Shown here: positions 43,862 through 53,803 of the stretch, one piece after another
How positions within the stretch are numbered: position 1 is the first letter of the stretch
How the letters are laid out: the number at the start of each line of letters is the position of its first letter
NCBI GenBank assembly: GCA_052034165.1
Contig: JBPOIW010000061.1
Span: 19,336 to 83,335 of the forward strand
DNA: 64,000 bases
Direction of reading: 5' to 3'
DNA from: Planctomycetota bacterium
GTDB lineage: Bacteria; Planctomycetota; Planctomycetia; Planctomycetales; Planctomycetaceae
The notes under the pieces: generated by a model
Database searches by the model: none
What the model was told of the DNA's origin: nothing
What the model saw: only the letters and a program-made list of their open reading frames with translations
Made by a program: the position numbers and the translations under genes

Positions 43862-45187
43862 ATGCGTTTCCATGGTTTAAAGTCCGCCTTCCTCAGAGTA
43901 AGGGGGACCGGAGGCAACGCTGTCCTCAGCCATCTCGTCCCAGTGATGTTGATTGCCAGTCTGTTGATGACCAGTCTGTTGACTGTCGCGAAGGCCCAGA
44001 TGGCCCCACTGAAGGCTCGGTCCTTTCGGGATCGTGTCGTTGATAAAATCAGCTTGAACGATACGACACTGATCTGGGGGATGATGCTGAGCAGGAGGCC
44101 GACAAGAATTCTGGTGAACACGTCCTGGATGAGGACAAACTGTGCCGACTTTTACGAAAAAGAAATCGCAGCGCTATTAAAAGCGACTCCGCCAGTGACC
44201 TCTTCTGTTTTGGTAGAGATCCTTCAAAACGAAATTGATCTCGCGGCCGCTGCAGAACCTGAGTCACCCCAAAGGACCGGTCTTCTCAAAGAGATTCTCG
44301 ACCATCTCACGCCCGACGAAACTGTGGAGCCGAAATTCGTCATTCTTGAGCTTCCAAAATCTCGCGTGACCAACATTGAATCTCAAACGGAAGCTCGCCG
44401 GGAACTCTGCCGCCTGGCGATCCTGAATCACGTTGAGGATATTGAAGACACGCATTGGAAGTCGATCGTCGAACAGCTTCAGGCAATCCCGGAAGCCGAA
44501 AGAAAACTAACGCCTCCTCAAGCCATCAACGACGACCACAAGAATCTTGAACAGATCCTTGCCGCTGTTGACGTGAGAATGAACGCGGCCTCCCGATTGA
44601 TTCAAACAGGTTCGACAGTGATTGACGAATCCGCGAAGCCGGATCTCAGCCTGCTCCTCAATTCTATGTTAGGAGGAAATGTACAGAGTCTGCTCGGCGA
44701 ACTTCTGAATGAGGGACAGCCGCGACAACCTGACGCCCCACCCCAAAACGACACGCTCCCCGATGCCGCGCGGAGAGTTGCGGATGCGAAAAAGCACTCA
44801 ACCATCGTCCTTTCCGACTTCGAATTTAACATCGCCATGGGCTCAGCCACAGTGACTCGTCGACTGTTTCACAAGGGCAAAGACGGTCAGTGGAAACTGC
44901 TGTTGGCCAGTCGCGAAACGTCGACCGCAGCAGACGTGAAGCCCGGTCAGGTCGAAGCGGTTGAGAATGACCCGCAGGTCAAAGAAATCGCGGGGCTGGT
45001 AGAAGGATCAGGATTGGGAGGTGGTCAATTTGCAAAGGCCCTGCAAATGGGGGCGGTCGTCCAGAATGCGCTCAGCGAAGCCAATCAAAAATTTGAATCC
45101 ACGCTTCAGGAAATTATCACAGCCAGACATCTCACAAATGCACAGGAGCCGCCAGTGATTGTTCTTCCGGAATCCAGAACTCCCTGA
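43862..45187 (+). CDS. hypothetical secreted protein
   Basis: 441-aa ORF with an N-terminal hydrophobic segment LVPVMLIASLLMTSLLTVAKAQ. No family recognised. Confidence 0.5.
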   Translation: MRFHGLKSAFLRVRGTGGNAVLSHLVPVMLIASLLMTSLLTVAKAQMAPLKARSFRDRVVDKISLNDTTLIWGMMLSRRPTRILVNTSWMRTNCADFYEKEIAALLKATPPVTSSVLVEILQNEIDLAAAAEPESPQRTGLLKEILDHLTPDETVEPKFVILELPKSRVTNIESQTEARRELCRLAILNHVEDIEDTHWKSIVEQLQAIPEAERKLTPPQAINDDHKNLEQILAAVDVRMNAASRLIQTGSTVIDESAKPDLSLLLNSMLGGNVQSLLGELLNEGQPRQPDAPPQNDTLPDAARRVADAKKHSTIVLSDFEFNIAMGSATVTRRLFHKGKDGQWKLLLASRETSTAADVKPGQVEAVENDPQVKEIAGLVEGSGLGGGQFAKALQMGAVVQNALSEANQKFESTLQEIITARHLTNAQEPPVIVLPESRTP

Positions 45188-45233
45188 ACCCAACGTCACC
45201 CGATCAATCCAGCATCCTGCTTACTGACGCTTT

Positions 45234-45989
45234 CTACCCAAGCACCGCCACAAAGAATTGTTCCACATCCTGTTCAAGTCGCCCCACGGAATCACGGTGA
45301 AATCGAATCTGACGGCACGATTCATTCGGCGGCTGTCGACGGGTCCTCAGATCTTCTTCGCCCTGCTCAAGCAAAAGTCGAGCAAATACGTTGGGATCAA
45401 CCGGCGATGCTCCCGGAACAACGGCAATTTGGATTTTGCGAAGAACATCGCCATTCGCCTTCAGCTTTTCGACCATGGAAGCCATCTCCGAGTCCAACAA
45501 TGTGCTGGAAGACATTTCAATCCTGAGCGGTCTCACGATCGCCGCCTGTCTCAGTTCGTCAATCGACTGCCTCAGGATCGGATGGATCATCGGAGCTGCG
45601 ACCTGGACTGCCGGGTCCAGAACAAATCGCCGATACCACATGGCGGGGTGAGGCAAGACAATCGCTGGACTTTCGATGACCTCCTCCCCGAACAGGCAGA
45701 GATCCAGATCCAATGTCCGCGGCCCCCAATGAACGGTGCGTTCACGACCAAAGGAATTTTCAACCTCATGGAGCGTATTCAAAAGCGTTACCGGGGCCAG
45801 AGAACATTCCAGTACGGCCGCTGCGTTCACATACTCCTGACCGGCCGCAGATCCCACAGGACGCGTGGTGACGACTCGGCTCAACTGCCGAACCGCAATT
45901 CCCGGTCGCTCAAGGCGCCTCATGGCTTCGAGGAACGCTGCTTCCGAGGCATTAATGTTGCCACCAAGAGCGATCAGGCATTGTGTCAT
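45234..45989 (-). CDS. folK: 2-amino-4-hydroxy-6-hydroxymethyldihydropteridine diphosphokinase with C-terminal extension
   Basis: CLIALGGNI..., GPRTLDLDLCLFGEEVIESPAIVLPHPAMWYRRFVLDP is the HPPK signature. About 90 extra C-terminal residues. Confidence 0.85.
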   Translation of the reverse strand: MTQCLIALGGNINASEAAFLEAMRRLERPGIAVRQLSRVVTTRPVGSAAGQEYVNAAAVLECSLAPVTLLNTLHEVENSFGRERTVHWGPRTLDLDLCLFGEEVIESPAIVLPHPAMWYRRFVLDPAVQVAAPMIHPILRQSIDELRQAAIVRPLRIEMSSSTLLDSEMASMVEKLKANGDVLRKIQIAVVPGASPVDPNVFARLLLEQGEEDLRTRRQPPNESCRQIRFHRDSVGRLEQDVEQFFVAVLG

Positions 45990-46173
45990 GCAGATTTCTT
46001 AATCGAGTTTCGGATTTCTCAAAAACATACGCTCTGCAACCGCGCGTTCTGGTCGAGTTGCAAACAACCATGAGTCAGCGAACATACTGAAAATCTGCAA
46101 ACGTCATGGCGCTCCCGTGCACGATATCGTTTGCTGCTGTCTCTGAGTACTCTGCCCCCATTTTGAGATCACG

Positions 46174-47115
46174 ATGCCCGGCTATTCCCAACGTCTGAAC
46201 GATCGAATCCTGTCCTGCCGCACACCAGCTCTCGTCGGAATTGATCCGCGATGGGACTGGCTGCCAGCCGACATTCGTGCCGCTGCAGAGTCGAGATCCT
46301 CGAACATTCCTGAGCGAACGGCTCTGGGATTCGAAGCCTTCTCAAAACAACTGATCGATATCGTCAGTCCTTTGGTTCCGGCCGTTAAACCTCAGGTCGC
46401 TTTCTTTGAACAGTTGGGTGTGGCCGGATTTCAGGCACTGCATTCTGTCATTCGTTATGCACGAAAGTCCGGACTGATCGTGATTGCTGATGCTAAGCGA
46501 GGAGATATCGGAACGACGGCGGAAGCCTACGCGGACGCATGGCTGGCGGGCGAGGACCCGGACGCCGCTCCATGGTCGGCCGATGCGTTGACGATCAACC
46601 CGTACCTTGGCACCGATTCACTGGATCCTTTCGTCAAGCTGGCGGCAAAACGAGGGGCCGGCCTGTACGTTCTGGTGCGGACCAGCAATCCCGGAGCAGC
46701 CGAGTTTCAGGATCGCGTGTCTGACGAACAACCGCTGTACTGCACCGTCGCAGCCACCGTCCAAAAGCTCAGTGAATCAACTCGATCTTCGGAACAAACC
46801 TTTGGATGCGTGGGTGCCGTGGTCGGAGCCACCTGGCCGACTCAACTGCAGGAACTGCGTCAGCACATGCCAGCCGTGCCACTCCTCATCCCCGGCTACG
46901 GGGCGCAGGGAGGAACGTCTGCGGATACCGCCGGAGCGTTTAACTCCAACGGACTTGGTGCGGTTGTGAACAGCTCACGAGGCATCAACTTTGCGTGGCA
47001 ACGCAAGCCGTACGCGGAGCAATTCGGTGAAGCACGATGGCAGGATGCGATCGAATCCGCGACACGCGATATGATCCGGGATCTGGCGGAGAATACTCCG
47101 GCCGGGACGCTGTAA
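46174..47115 (+). CDS. pyrF: orotidine 5'-phosphate decarboxylase (type 2)
   Basis: LVGIDPRWD, VKPQVAFFE, IADAKRGDIGTTAEAYA and LIPGYGAQGG. Confidence 0.9.
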   Translation: MPGYSQRLNDRILSCRTPALVGIDPRWDWLPADIRAAAESRSSNIPERTALGFEAFSKQLIDIVSPLVPAVKPQVAFFEQLGVAGFQALHSVIRYARKSGLIVIADAKRGDIGTTAEAYADAWLAGEDPDAAPWSADALTINPYLGTDSLDPFVKLAAKRGAGLYVLVRTSNPGAAEFQDRVSDEQPLYCTVAATVQKLSESTRSSEQTFGCVGAVVGATWPTQLQELRQHMPAVPLLIPGYGAQGGTSADTAGAFNSNGLGAVVNSSRGINFAWQRKPYAEQFGEARWQDAIESATRDMIRDLAENTPAGTL

Positions 47116-47220
47116 CCAACTTCAACCGTTGCGGCGACATTCTGGTCAGGATGAGCATTCCTGCCCGCCAATTCGCTGGCGGACAGGATTGTTCAACTAC
47201 AAATCGCACGTCCCGAACGA

Positions 47221-48942
47221 TCACCCGCGGGTCGTTCGTGCATCCTCAGGGTACTCCGGCCGTAGCACACGAATTTCGTCGGACGATGTTGATGGTCGCA
47301 ATGACAATCGCAACCCATCAACCTCAATCTCCTGAATGCGATACATCCCCTGCCCTTCGCGTGATCGGGATGAACCCGACAGAGATCCTCCGAACAGAGG
47401 AAACCGAGATGAACCTCGCTGGTCATTCAACGCAACTTCATCCCGGGTCTCGCGAGTCAACACGATCTGAATCGGAGGCGTTGCCGGATAACGCAGCGTC
47501 ATCTTCAGCGTTGTGCCCAGCTCACCCGATGACTTCGAATCAAGTGAAGGCGTGAAACTTACTTCCAGCCCCTCTTCAATCGCTCGATGTCCGGCGTACT
47601 GAAACGTATGAGAGCCATCGGAGATCAGCGCTTCCGCATCATTGAGTTTCCATCCTCGAGCCGCCGCGACTGAGATCGCATTCATTCGTCCGGATGAGCG
47701 AGGCACAGCCGTCAGTGTAGAGGCCAGATATGTCTCGGCCCCGCGCGGCAAATCATCCGGCCCCAGCAAGCGAGCGCATAACAGGAGTCCGGGAATAGGA
47801 ATCCGGCGAACCACTCTTTCGTCTTCCAGCAGATTCTTCAGCTTGCTTTTGTCCGCAGAATGGAAGTACAGCGAAACCAATGCCACGCTGCTTTGATCCG
47901 TCTCCAGTTCATCATCCATGTTGCACAGGATTAAATCTTCAGCATCACGATATTCTTCATGCCGTCCCAAAACCCAGGCGCAGACGAGGTTGGCTTCCCA
48001 GTTGCGTGTTGAATAATCAAAAGCTCTGGCGGCAGTCCGAGGCGCCTCGGGATCTCGTTCACTCTCCTGAATCAACGCCATGTTGGCCATGCTGCTGGCG
48101 AGCATATCGTCCTGACGAAAATGGCCATGACCAATCTCTGTCAGACGTTCAAACGTTCGCATCGCATCCTGATTCCGACCAAGTTGTTGCTGCGTTCTGG
48201 CAACGTAGTACCAGTAGGGAGGATAACATTCCATAAATCGCTCAGACCGAGCCAGCATCCGCAGTCGACGCTCCGGATCCTGCTCTTCGAGTGTTTCATT
48301 GAGTTGATCCAGATCCTGATCGCGTAGTAACCACTTATCGGGAATCTCATTCTTTCGGCTGAGTTTCCAGAAGCTGTCCAGGAAGGTCGACGACCTTGTC
48401 ATCAAAGTCGTGAACTGTGTCTTCTCCACCTGCCACAAATCTGAGTCACGTTTGATCTGAGTGGAGCGATAATCCCACCAGCTGTTGGCTCCGGACTGAA
48501 TCACAGAGCCAACCTGACCTGTCGCAGCCTGCGCGCCGATCACGAAGAAGTCGGTCCCCAGTTTACGCTGAACACCGCGATGGAATTGTTCACCGATGAC
48601 AACTCGCTCACGGTCACTGATCTCCACCTGACCGATTTCATCCAGAATGGATCGGTAAAGACTGATCACTTCCGGATCATCAATCTGATTCAGGTCCAGA
48701 TTGTTCAGAATACGCTGCTGCTCTTCCAGCAGAACCTGCTTCGACGGCGCGCGGCGAATACGATGTAGCGCGGCGCGACAGTAGTTGAGCGTCACCGCGG
48801 TGTTTCGTCGACTGATTTCCGTCGCCGGAGTCACTGCTCGTTCCGGTTCCTGGGACATGACACCAGCAGGCACCAGCACGAAAAGCGACAGGCAGCACAA
48901 CAGCGATTGACAACAGATTATTCGTCTCATGGTTTCAGTCAC
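47221..48942 (-). CDS. hypothetical secreted protein
   Basis: 573-aa ORF with signal peptide CCQSLLCCLSLFVLVPAGVMSQE. No family recognised. Confidence 0.5.
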   Translation of the reverse strand: MTETMRRIICCQSLLCCLSLFVLVPAGVMSQEPERAVTPATEISRRNTAVTLNYCRAALHRIRRAPSKQVLLEEQQRILNNLDLNQIDDPEVISLYRSILDEIGQVEISDRERVVIGEQFHRGVQRKLGTDFFVIGAQAATGQVGSVIQSGANSWWDYRSTQIKRDSDLWQVEKTQFTTLMTRSSTFLDSFWKLSRKNEIPDKWLLRDQDLDQLNETLEEQDPERRLRMLARSERFMECYPPYWYYVARTQQQLGRNQDAMRTFERLTEIGHGHFRQDDMLASSMANMALIQESERDPEAPRTAARAFDYSTRNWEANLVCAWVLGRHEEYRDAEDLILCNMDDELETDQSSVALVSLYFHSADKSKLKNLLEDERVVRRIPIPGLLLCARLLGPDDLPRGAETYLASTLTAVPRSSGRMNAISVAAARGWKLNDAEALISDGSHTFQYAGHRAIEEGLEVSFTPSLDSKSSGELGTTLKMTLRYPATPPIQIVLTRETRDEVALNDQRGSSRFPLFGGSLSGSSRSREGQGMYRIQEIEVDGLRLSLRPSTSSDEIRVLRPEYPEDARTTRG

Positions 48943-49435
48943 TGATCAGGAGACATCCGTTGAGATCGAGCTGGCGACGGTCTTCGTCGGTGGGTCAAAA
49001 CATCTGACCCGCTGGTCGCTCATGATCTTCTTCAGACATCCCAAACCAACTGACGTCAGCTCTTCCATGAACCGCGCAGCAGAAGTCAGTACATGATTTC
49101 GTCCCGAACTCAGAAGACAACAGTCAATCCCGGCCAGGCCCAACTTAGAGATACGACGACACCGTTTGTGCACACAAGGTAGTCACGGCAATCTGCGCAA
49201 ATCGCCTGACATCACCCCGTTTCGGCAATTTCTGCCGGTTGTTACGGATTCCGCTTTCCGTTGACCACTGTTGCCGCCGAGCCGCCGGCGCCGGCTCACT
49301 CCACGGCGATCCAGCTGGGCGGTCAACGGAAGAATCACGATCCGCCCCAAAATTCGACGGCATCTGCCGCCTTGAGACTTGTCCAGCATTCCTCTGGCGG
49401 CAAATCACCAAAACAATTACACGGAGCCTTTCTAA

Positions 49436-49564
49436 CTGGACAGCGCCATGTACAAGAAAACCCTGGAGAATACGAGCCCGAAGCGCCAGCGAGTGAATGA
49501 GTCGCAATGTGTTCACTCGCTGGCGCTTCGGGCTTGTAAGGGAGCCGAACATGGCGCTGTCCAG
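49436..49564. mobile_element. MITE family E1 copy B (129 bp, uninterrupted), CTAA target duplication
   Basis: Outer TIRs CTGGACAGCGCCATGT (49436-51) and ACATGGCGCTGTCCAG (49549-64). Inner perfect 22-bp stem GCCCGAAGCGCCAGCGAGTGAA (49476-97) and TTCACTCGCTGGCGCTTCGGGC (49512-33). Flanked by CTAA on both sides. Confidence 0.85.
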
Positions 49565-49607
49565 CTAATCAGGACTCTTCCAGATTCGCGACAGCCGGAG
49601 GTCACCG

Positions 49608-50780
49608 ATGCGTGACAAGTTCCTTTCCTTTTCGCTTCCGCTCATCGGCGCAGAAGAAATTGACGAAGTTGTCGAGGCCCTGAAATCAGGTTGGCTCACG
49701 TCCGGCCCACGAACCCGACAATTCGAAAAGGATTTCTGTCAGGCGTTCGGATCACCTGCCGCGTTGTCATTGAACTCATGCACGGCCGGCCTGCATGTCG
49801 CTCTGAAAGTCCTCAACATCGGGCCGGGCGACGAAGTCATCACAACGCCCATGACATTTGCCGCGTCGGTGAATGTCATCGAACATGTCGGGGCCACTCC
49901 CGTCCTTGTCGATGTGGAACCCGATACTCTGAACCTGCAGCCGGATGCCGTCGAACGGGCCATCACTCCCAACACCAAGGCGGTCATCGCCGTTCACTAT
50001 GCGGGCCATCCCGTTGAACTTCATGCGCTGCGATCAATCTGTGATGAATACGATCTGCATCTGATTGAAGATGCCGCTCACGCCATCGGTGCCGCATTTG
50101 ATGGCCAACCCATCGGCGCTGGCTCGAATCTGACCGCGTTCAGCTTCTATGCGACAAAGAACCTGACAACGGGGGAAGGAGGAATGCTGACAGGTTCTGC
50201 TGAGCTTCTGGAGAGGGCTCGCATCTTCAGCCTGCATGGAATGAATCGTGAAGCCTGGAGCCGGTACTCGGCCGGTGGCAAATGGGCTTATGATATCGTG
50301 GAGCCGGGCTTCAAATACAATATGACGGATCTCCAGGCCGCGCTGGGACTACAACAGCTTCGGCGTTTCGATCACATGCAGGCTCGTCGCAGGGAAATCG
50401 TGCAGACTTATAACACTGCATTCCGGAACCATGCCTCCTTTCTGACGCCCGCGACTCGCGACCACGTCACCAACGCATGGCATCTGTATGTGCTGCGACT
50501 GAGATCTTCCGAGCTGACAATCAACCGCAATCAGTTTATCGAGGAAATGACGGCTCGAAACATCGGCACATCGGTGCACTTCATCCCGATCCACATGCAC
50601 TCATATTATCGCGACAAATACAATTACCATCCGGATGATTTCCCGGTCGCGCACGGAGCCTTTCAGAATATGCTCAGTCTGCCGCTGTCGCCTTCGATGT
50701 CGGACCAGGACGTCGCCGATGTGATCGACGCCGTCCTGGATATCCGCAGTAAATTCGCCCGCCGCAGGGCCGCCGCTTAG
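49608..50780 (+). CDS. DegT/DnrJ/EryC1/StrS family aminotransferase
   Basis: SGWLTSGPRTRQFE, DEVITTPMTFAAS, IEDAAHAIGA and the PLP-lysine block FSFYATKNLTTGEGGMLT. Confidence 0.85.
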   Translation: MRDKFLSFSLPLIGAEEIDEVVEALKSGWLTSGPRTRQFEKDFCQAFGSPAALSLNSCTAGLHVALKVLNIGPGDEVITTPMTFAASVNVIEHVGATPVLVDVEPDTLNLQPDAVERAITPNTKAVIAVHYAGHPVELHALRSICDEYDLHLIEDAAHAIGAAFDGQPIGAGSNLTAFSFYATKNLTTGEGGMLTGSAELLERARIFSLHGMNREAWSRYSAGGKWAYDIVEPGFKYNMTDLQAALGLQQLRRFDHMQARRREIVQTYNTAFRNHASFLTPATRDHVTNAWHLYVLRLRSSELTINRNQFIEEMTARNIGTSVHFIPIHMHSYYRDKYNYHPDDFPVAHGAFQNMLSLPLSPSMSDQDVADVIDAVLDIRSKFARRRAAA

Positions 50781-51223
50781 GAACAATCCCGAAATAAGTT
50801 CCGTTTATCCCAACCCGAACCGTCACGGCGTGTTGATTTAATCATAACCCGATGCATCAGTTTTGAAGTTGCGCTGTTCGACAATTGGGGAGATCAACAG
50901 AGCGAAAACACAGGGAATTATCACAACCCGACGCGTCAGCGAGGGATTGAAGGAAACATTGATAAAACGCAAATGCTCTATCCCTCACTCACGTTTCGGG
51001 TTGGGATGGCGGCAATTGCGCAACTTCAAAATGCATCAGCGAGGGATTGTTGTGGAAAAACGCGGCAACTTTTATTCCTCACTGACGTTTCGGGTTGTGA
51101 AAACCCACTAAATCAACAGGCCGGTCAGCGAGAGATCCAGATGTTGTGCAAAATCCCTCGCTGACGCATCGGGTTGGGATTTCAAGGCGTGGAAACCTCC
51201 GGAATTTATTCCGGGACCGTTCC
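50780..51223. mobile_element. MITE family E4 copy B (composite; contains E3 hairpin words and a nested E2)
   Basis: GGAACAATCCCGAAATAAGTTCC (50780-50802) pairs with GGAATTTATTCCGGGACCGTTCC (51201-51223), 19/23 complementary. TTA at 50777-79 and 51224-26. The left end abuts the TAG stop of the aminotransferase. Confidence 0.7.
50861..51031. mobile_element. MITE family E2 copy B (171 bp), perfect 8-bp target duplication TGCATCAG
   Basis: TTTTGAAGTTGCGC (50861-74) and GCGCAACTTCAAAA (51018-31), flanked by TGCATCAG at 50853-60 and 51032-39. The interrupted target reconstitutes the E3 word AACCCGATGCATCAGCGAGGGATT. Confidence 0.85.
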
Positions 51224-51259
51224 TTAACTCTGGGTGAAGGCTCGCACCTCCACAGGAGC

Positions 51260-52240
51260 TCACCACTTCCAGCCGCTCTTGCCCTTCAGATTCTGAATAC
51301 AGTCGGCCGGCCAGTCACCGCGATGCAGCTTCAGAATAATCTCCGCACCCAGGGCCCAGGTCGCATCATGTGACTCGTTGTCGAGTCCGGCCACGTGTCC
51401 GGCCAGCAGCACATTCGACATGCCGATCAACGGACTGCTGAGTGGCAACGGTTCTGTTTCAAATACATCAAGACCAGCCGCGCGAACTCGACCCGTCTGC
51501 AAGGCTTTGATCAGAGCGGGTTCATCAATCAGCGGACCGCGGGCTGTATTAATGATCACAACCGACGGCTTCATCATCGCAATCGACTTCTCATTGATCT
51601 TGTGTTTCGTCTCCGGAGTGGCCGGAGAATGCAACGAAATGAAATCCGATTGCCGGAACAGATCTTCAAGCGACACCATGGTGATCCCATGTTTCTTCAC
51701 AAAGTCAGCTGGCGCGTACGGATCGTAGCTGATCACCTTCATTCCCAGCCCGATCGCGCGGGTTGCGGTGGCCTGACCGATGCGGCCGAGCCCAACCAGA
51801 CCCACGGTGCACGCCGAAATTCGAGGATAAGGAATTCGCTTCCATTCCCCGCGTCGCACTTCCTGATCGAGTGCCGGAAAGCCGCGGCCCAGTGCCATCA
51901 GCATGGCAATCGCATGCTCAGCAACCGAATGATGATTACAACCGGGTGTCGTCGCGACCACAATGCCGGCTTCATCGCAGGCTTTGAGATTAATCGCATC
52001 GAAACCAACACCGGCCCTCGCGAGAACGCGCACCTGAGGAATGGCGGCGATCACGTTAGGAGGATAGGGTTCAGAGCCCGCGATTACGGCGTCATAGCCT
52101 TTGAGTGTGTCAATCAGGACATCGTTATTCCAGAGATCTCGCGACCGGTCCGGAACATGACATTCGTGGCCCGCTTCTGCCAACATCTGAAAGTGGGGGC
52201 CGCTCTCTCCATTCAACGCCGTGCACAAAACGCGTACCAT
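51260..52240 (-). CDS. D-isomer-specific 2-hydroxyacid dehydrogenase (PGDH-like)
   Basis: Start MVRVLCTAL at 52240. NAD motif GLVGLGRIGQATATRAIGLGMKV, plus NTARGPLIDEPAL, DVFETEP and GHVAG. Confidence 0.8.
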   Translation of the reverse strand: MVRVLCTALNGESGPHFQMLAEAGHECHVPDRSRDLWNNDVLIDTLKGYDAVIAGSEPYPPNVIAAIPQVRVLARAGVGFDAINLKACDEAGIVVATTPGCNHHSVAEHAIAMLMALGRGFPALDQEVRRGEWKRIPYPRISACTVGLVGLGRIGQATATRAIGLGMKVISYDPYAPADFVKKHGITMVSLEDLFRQSDFISLHSPATPETKHKINEKSIAMMKPSVVIINTARGPLIDEPALIKALQTGRVRAAGLDVFETEPLPLSSPLIGMSNVLLAGHVAGLDNESHDATWALGAEIILKLHRGDWPADCIQNLKGKSGWKW

Positions 52241-52329
52241 GTGGGTTCCCTGGTCAGTAAAAATCAACTCAGTTGACGGTGGCCGCAGACGACTGCGTCC
52301 AGTCGATGCGGAACAAATCGGATATCTCA

Positions 52330-52827
52330 ATGCGGAACGTATCAGTCAGTTTAAATGCCGACAATCAGATTGCCGTTCAGGTCGGTTCTGAATCCCGCGC
52401 GGGGGAAAGCTATTATCTTGGACTGCAGCCGAATAGCGAAAACCACGAATTTCGTCCGGCGACCGGGACATTGCAGCTTGTGACGGAATGGATTCGACTG
52501 CTCACGGCACTCAACGATGGGCAGACACTGTTCCTGCCTTTTGACTTCTCTGACGAATACACTCGATGGCTGCATGCGCATCGAGAAGGTCGCCATGTGA
52601 CTATCGTCTTCGGCTGGGCCACTGTCGAAGGCTGGGCGATTTCTCCGCAGGATCTTTCTCAATATGCCGAGGCACTTCCCGGCTTTATGCCCGACGAACC
52701 CCTCATCACTCAGACGCTTTACTTGCCTCGAGTTCTCAGCGATCTCCGCCACAGCCGGGAGTTGCTGGCGTCTCAGGCGGCAAGAGAGTTGTTTCACGCA
52801 AAACCTGATGATCGTCTGCTCACATAG
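52330..52827 (+). CDS. hypothetical protein
   Basis: ORF 52273..52827 with a probable start at MRNVSVSL (52330). No family recognised. Confidence 0.4.
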   Translation: MRNVSVSLNADNQIAVQVGSESRAGESYYLGLQPNSENHEFRPATGTLQLVTEWIRLLTALNDGQTLFLPFDFSDEYTRWLHAHREGRHVTIVFGWATVEGWAISPQDLSQYAEALPGFMPDEPLITQTLYLPRVLSDLRHSRELLASQAARELFHAKPDDRLLT

Positions 52828-52879
52828 ACGCGTGGCCTTGAACGGCATCACCCCACAGTTCCGCTCCCGCCGTCACGAG

Positions 52880-53474
52880 TCAGTCATTCAGATTGGGGTA
52901 GTCTTCGGGAAATTCAATGAACCTCGCCGGGACATGATCGGTGAGCCAGACGTCATTGGCCGTCACAAAGAAGACGAATCCTTCCTGCACCATTTCAAAG
53001 GCGTGCACTTTCAGCAGGACCGGCGTTCCTCTCCGACGGCTGAAGCAATGCTGCTGTCGCAGTGAAGATGCACAGATGACGGCTCATTTTTCTGAGACCG
53101 CCTTCACGAATCGCCGCAACGGCTTTGCGAGTCGTCCCATGAAGAAGAATGGCCGGTGGTGCAGCCGGCTCATAGCCTAACTTCACATCAACCGAATGCC
53201 CCTGATTCGCTCGAATTCGCTGACTGTTTTCATCAATAGTGAAACGTTGTTTGTCGTTCGCTCGCACAACATGCTTGAGCTGGTCGTATGAAGTCTTCTG
53301 GCCGATTCTTCGCAAGGCTTCCAGAAGCACTTCTATTTCGACCCAGCCAGCATCGTCGAGTTCAATGCCGATCTGATCCGGCTGATGTCGAAGAACAAGA
53401 CTGAGCAATCTGCTGATTCGTGGCACGTAGTCTTCGTCTGTCGTCATCACGATCCTCATCGCCTGACTCGCCAT
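52880..53474 (-). pseudogene. kptA: RNA 2'-phosphotransferase (KptA/Tpt1) interrupted by two 1-nt frameshifts
   Basis: The N-terminal frame (LSLVLRHQPDQIGIELDDAGW...RIRANQGHS...LLHGTT...GLRKMSRH) stops at 52995. VHLHCDSSIASAVG continues in a second frame and GTPVLLKVHAFEMVQEGFVFFVTANDVWLTDHVPARFIEF in a third, ending at 52880. Confidence 0.7.
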
Positions 53475-53803
53475 TCTCGGGAACTCAAATCACGCCATAT
53501 TTTCCGGCCGGGCAATCCCGCATCTCCAGCGATCTCGGTTATCAAACTCAGGCTGTGTGTCGACGCAAAAACGATGGCTTCACGAGCGATGGCGAAGAGG
53601 GCGTTTCAGCAAGTATCGCGAACAGTCACGCGCTCAAAACAAACTCGTTAAATAGTTCTTTGACAAATTTGCATCCGCGACCCAGGAACCGCGTCCGAAG
53701 GAAGAGCGCCCAAGCTCTGCATCGCGGACGATCGTTGATGAGACCGCGTGAGGCGCCCATGTGATCCTGACAGAATGGGTCAGCATGAATGGGCCGGCAT
53801 GAA

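Noticed and set aside
45258-46073. Long antisense ORFs: 45258..46073, 51395..52276, 56287..57069, 27774..28451, 59245..59964, 26543..27112, 36781..37365, 53933..54577
   Set aside because: Each lies opposite a gene with strong family signatures (folK, dehydrogenase, rpoA, fcl, rplO/rpsE, gmd, wecA-like, flavin reductase) and has an Arg/Ser/Pro-rich composition typical of shadow frames.
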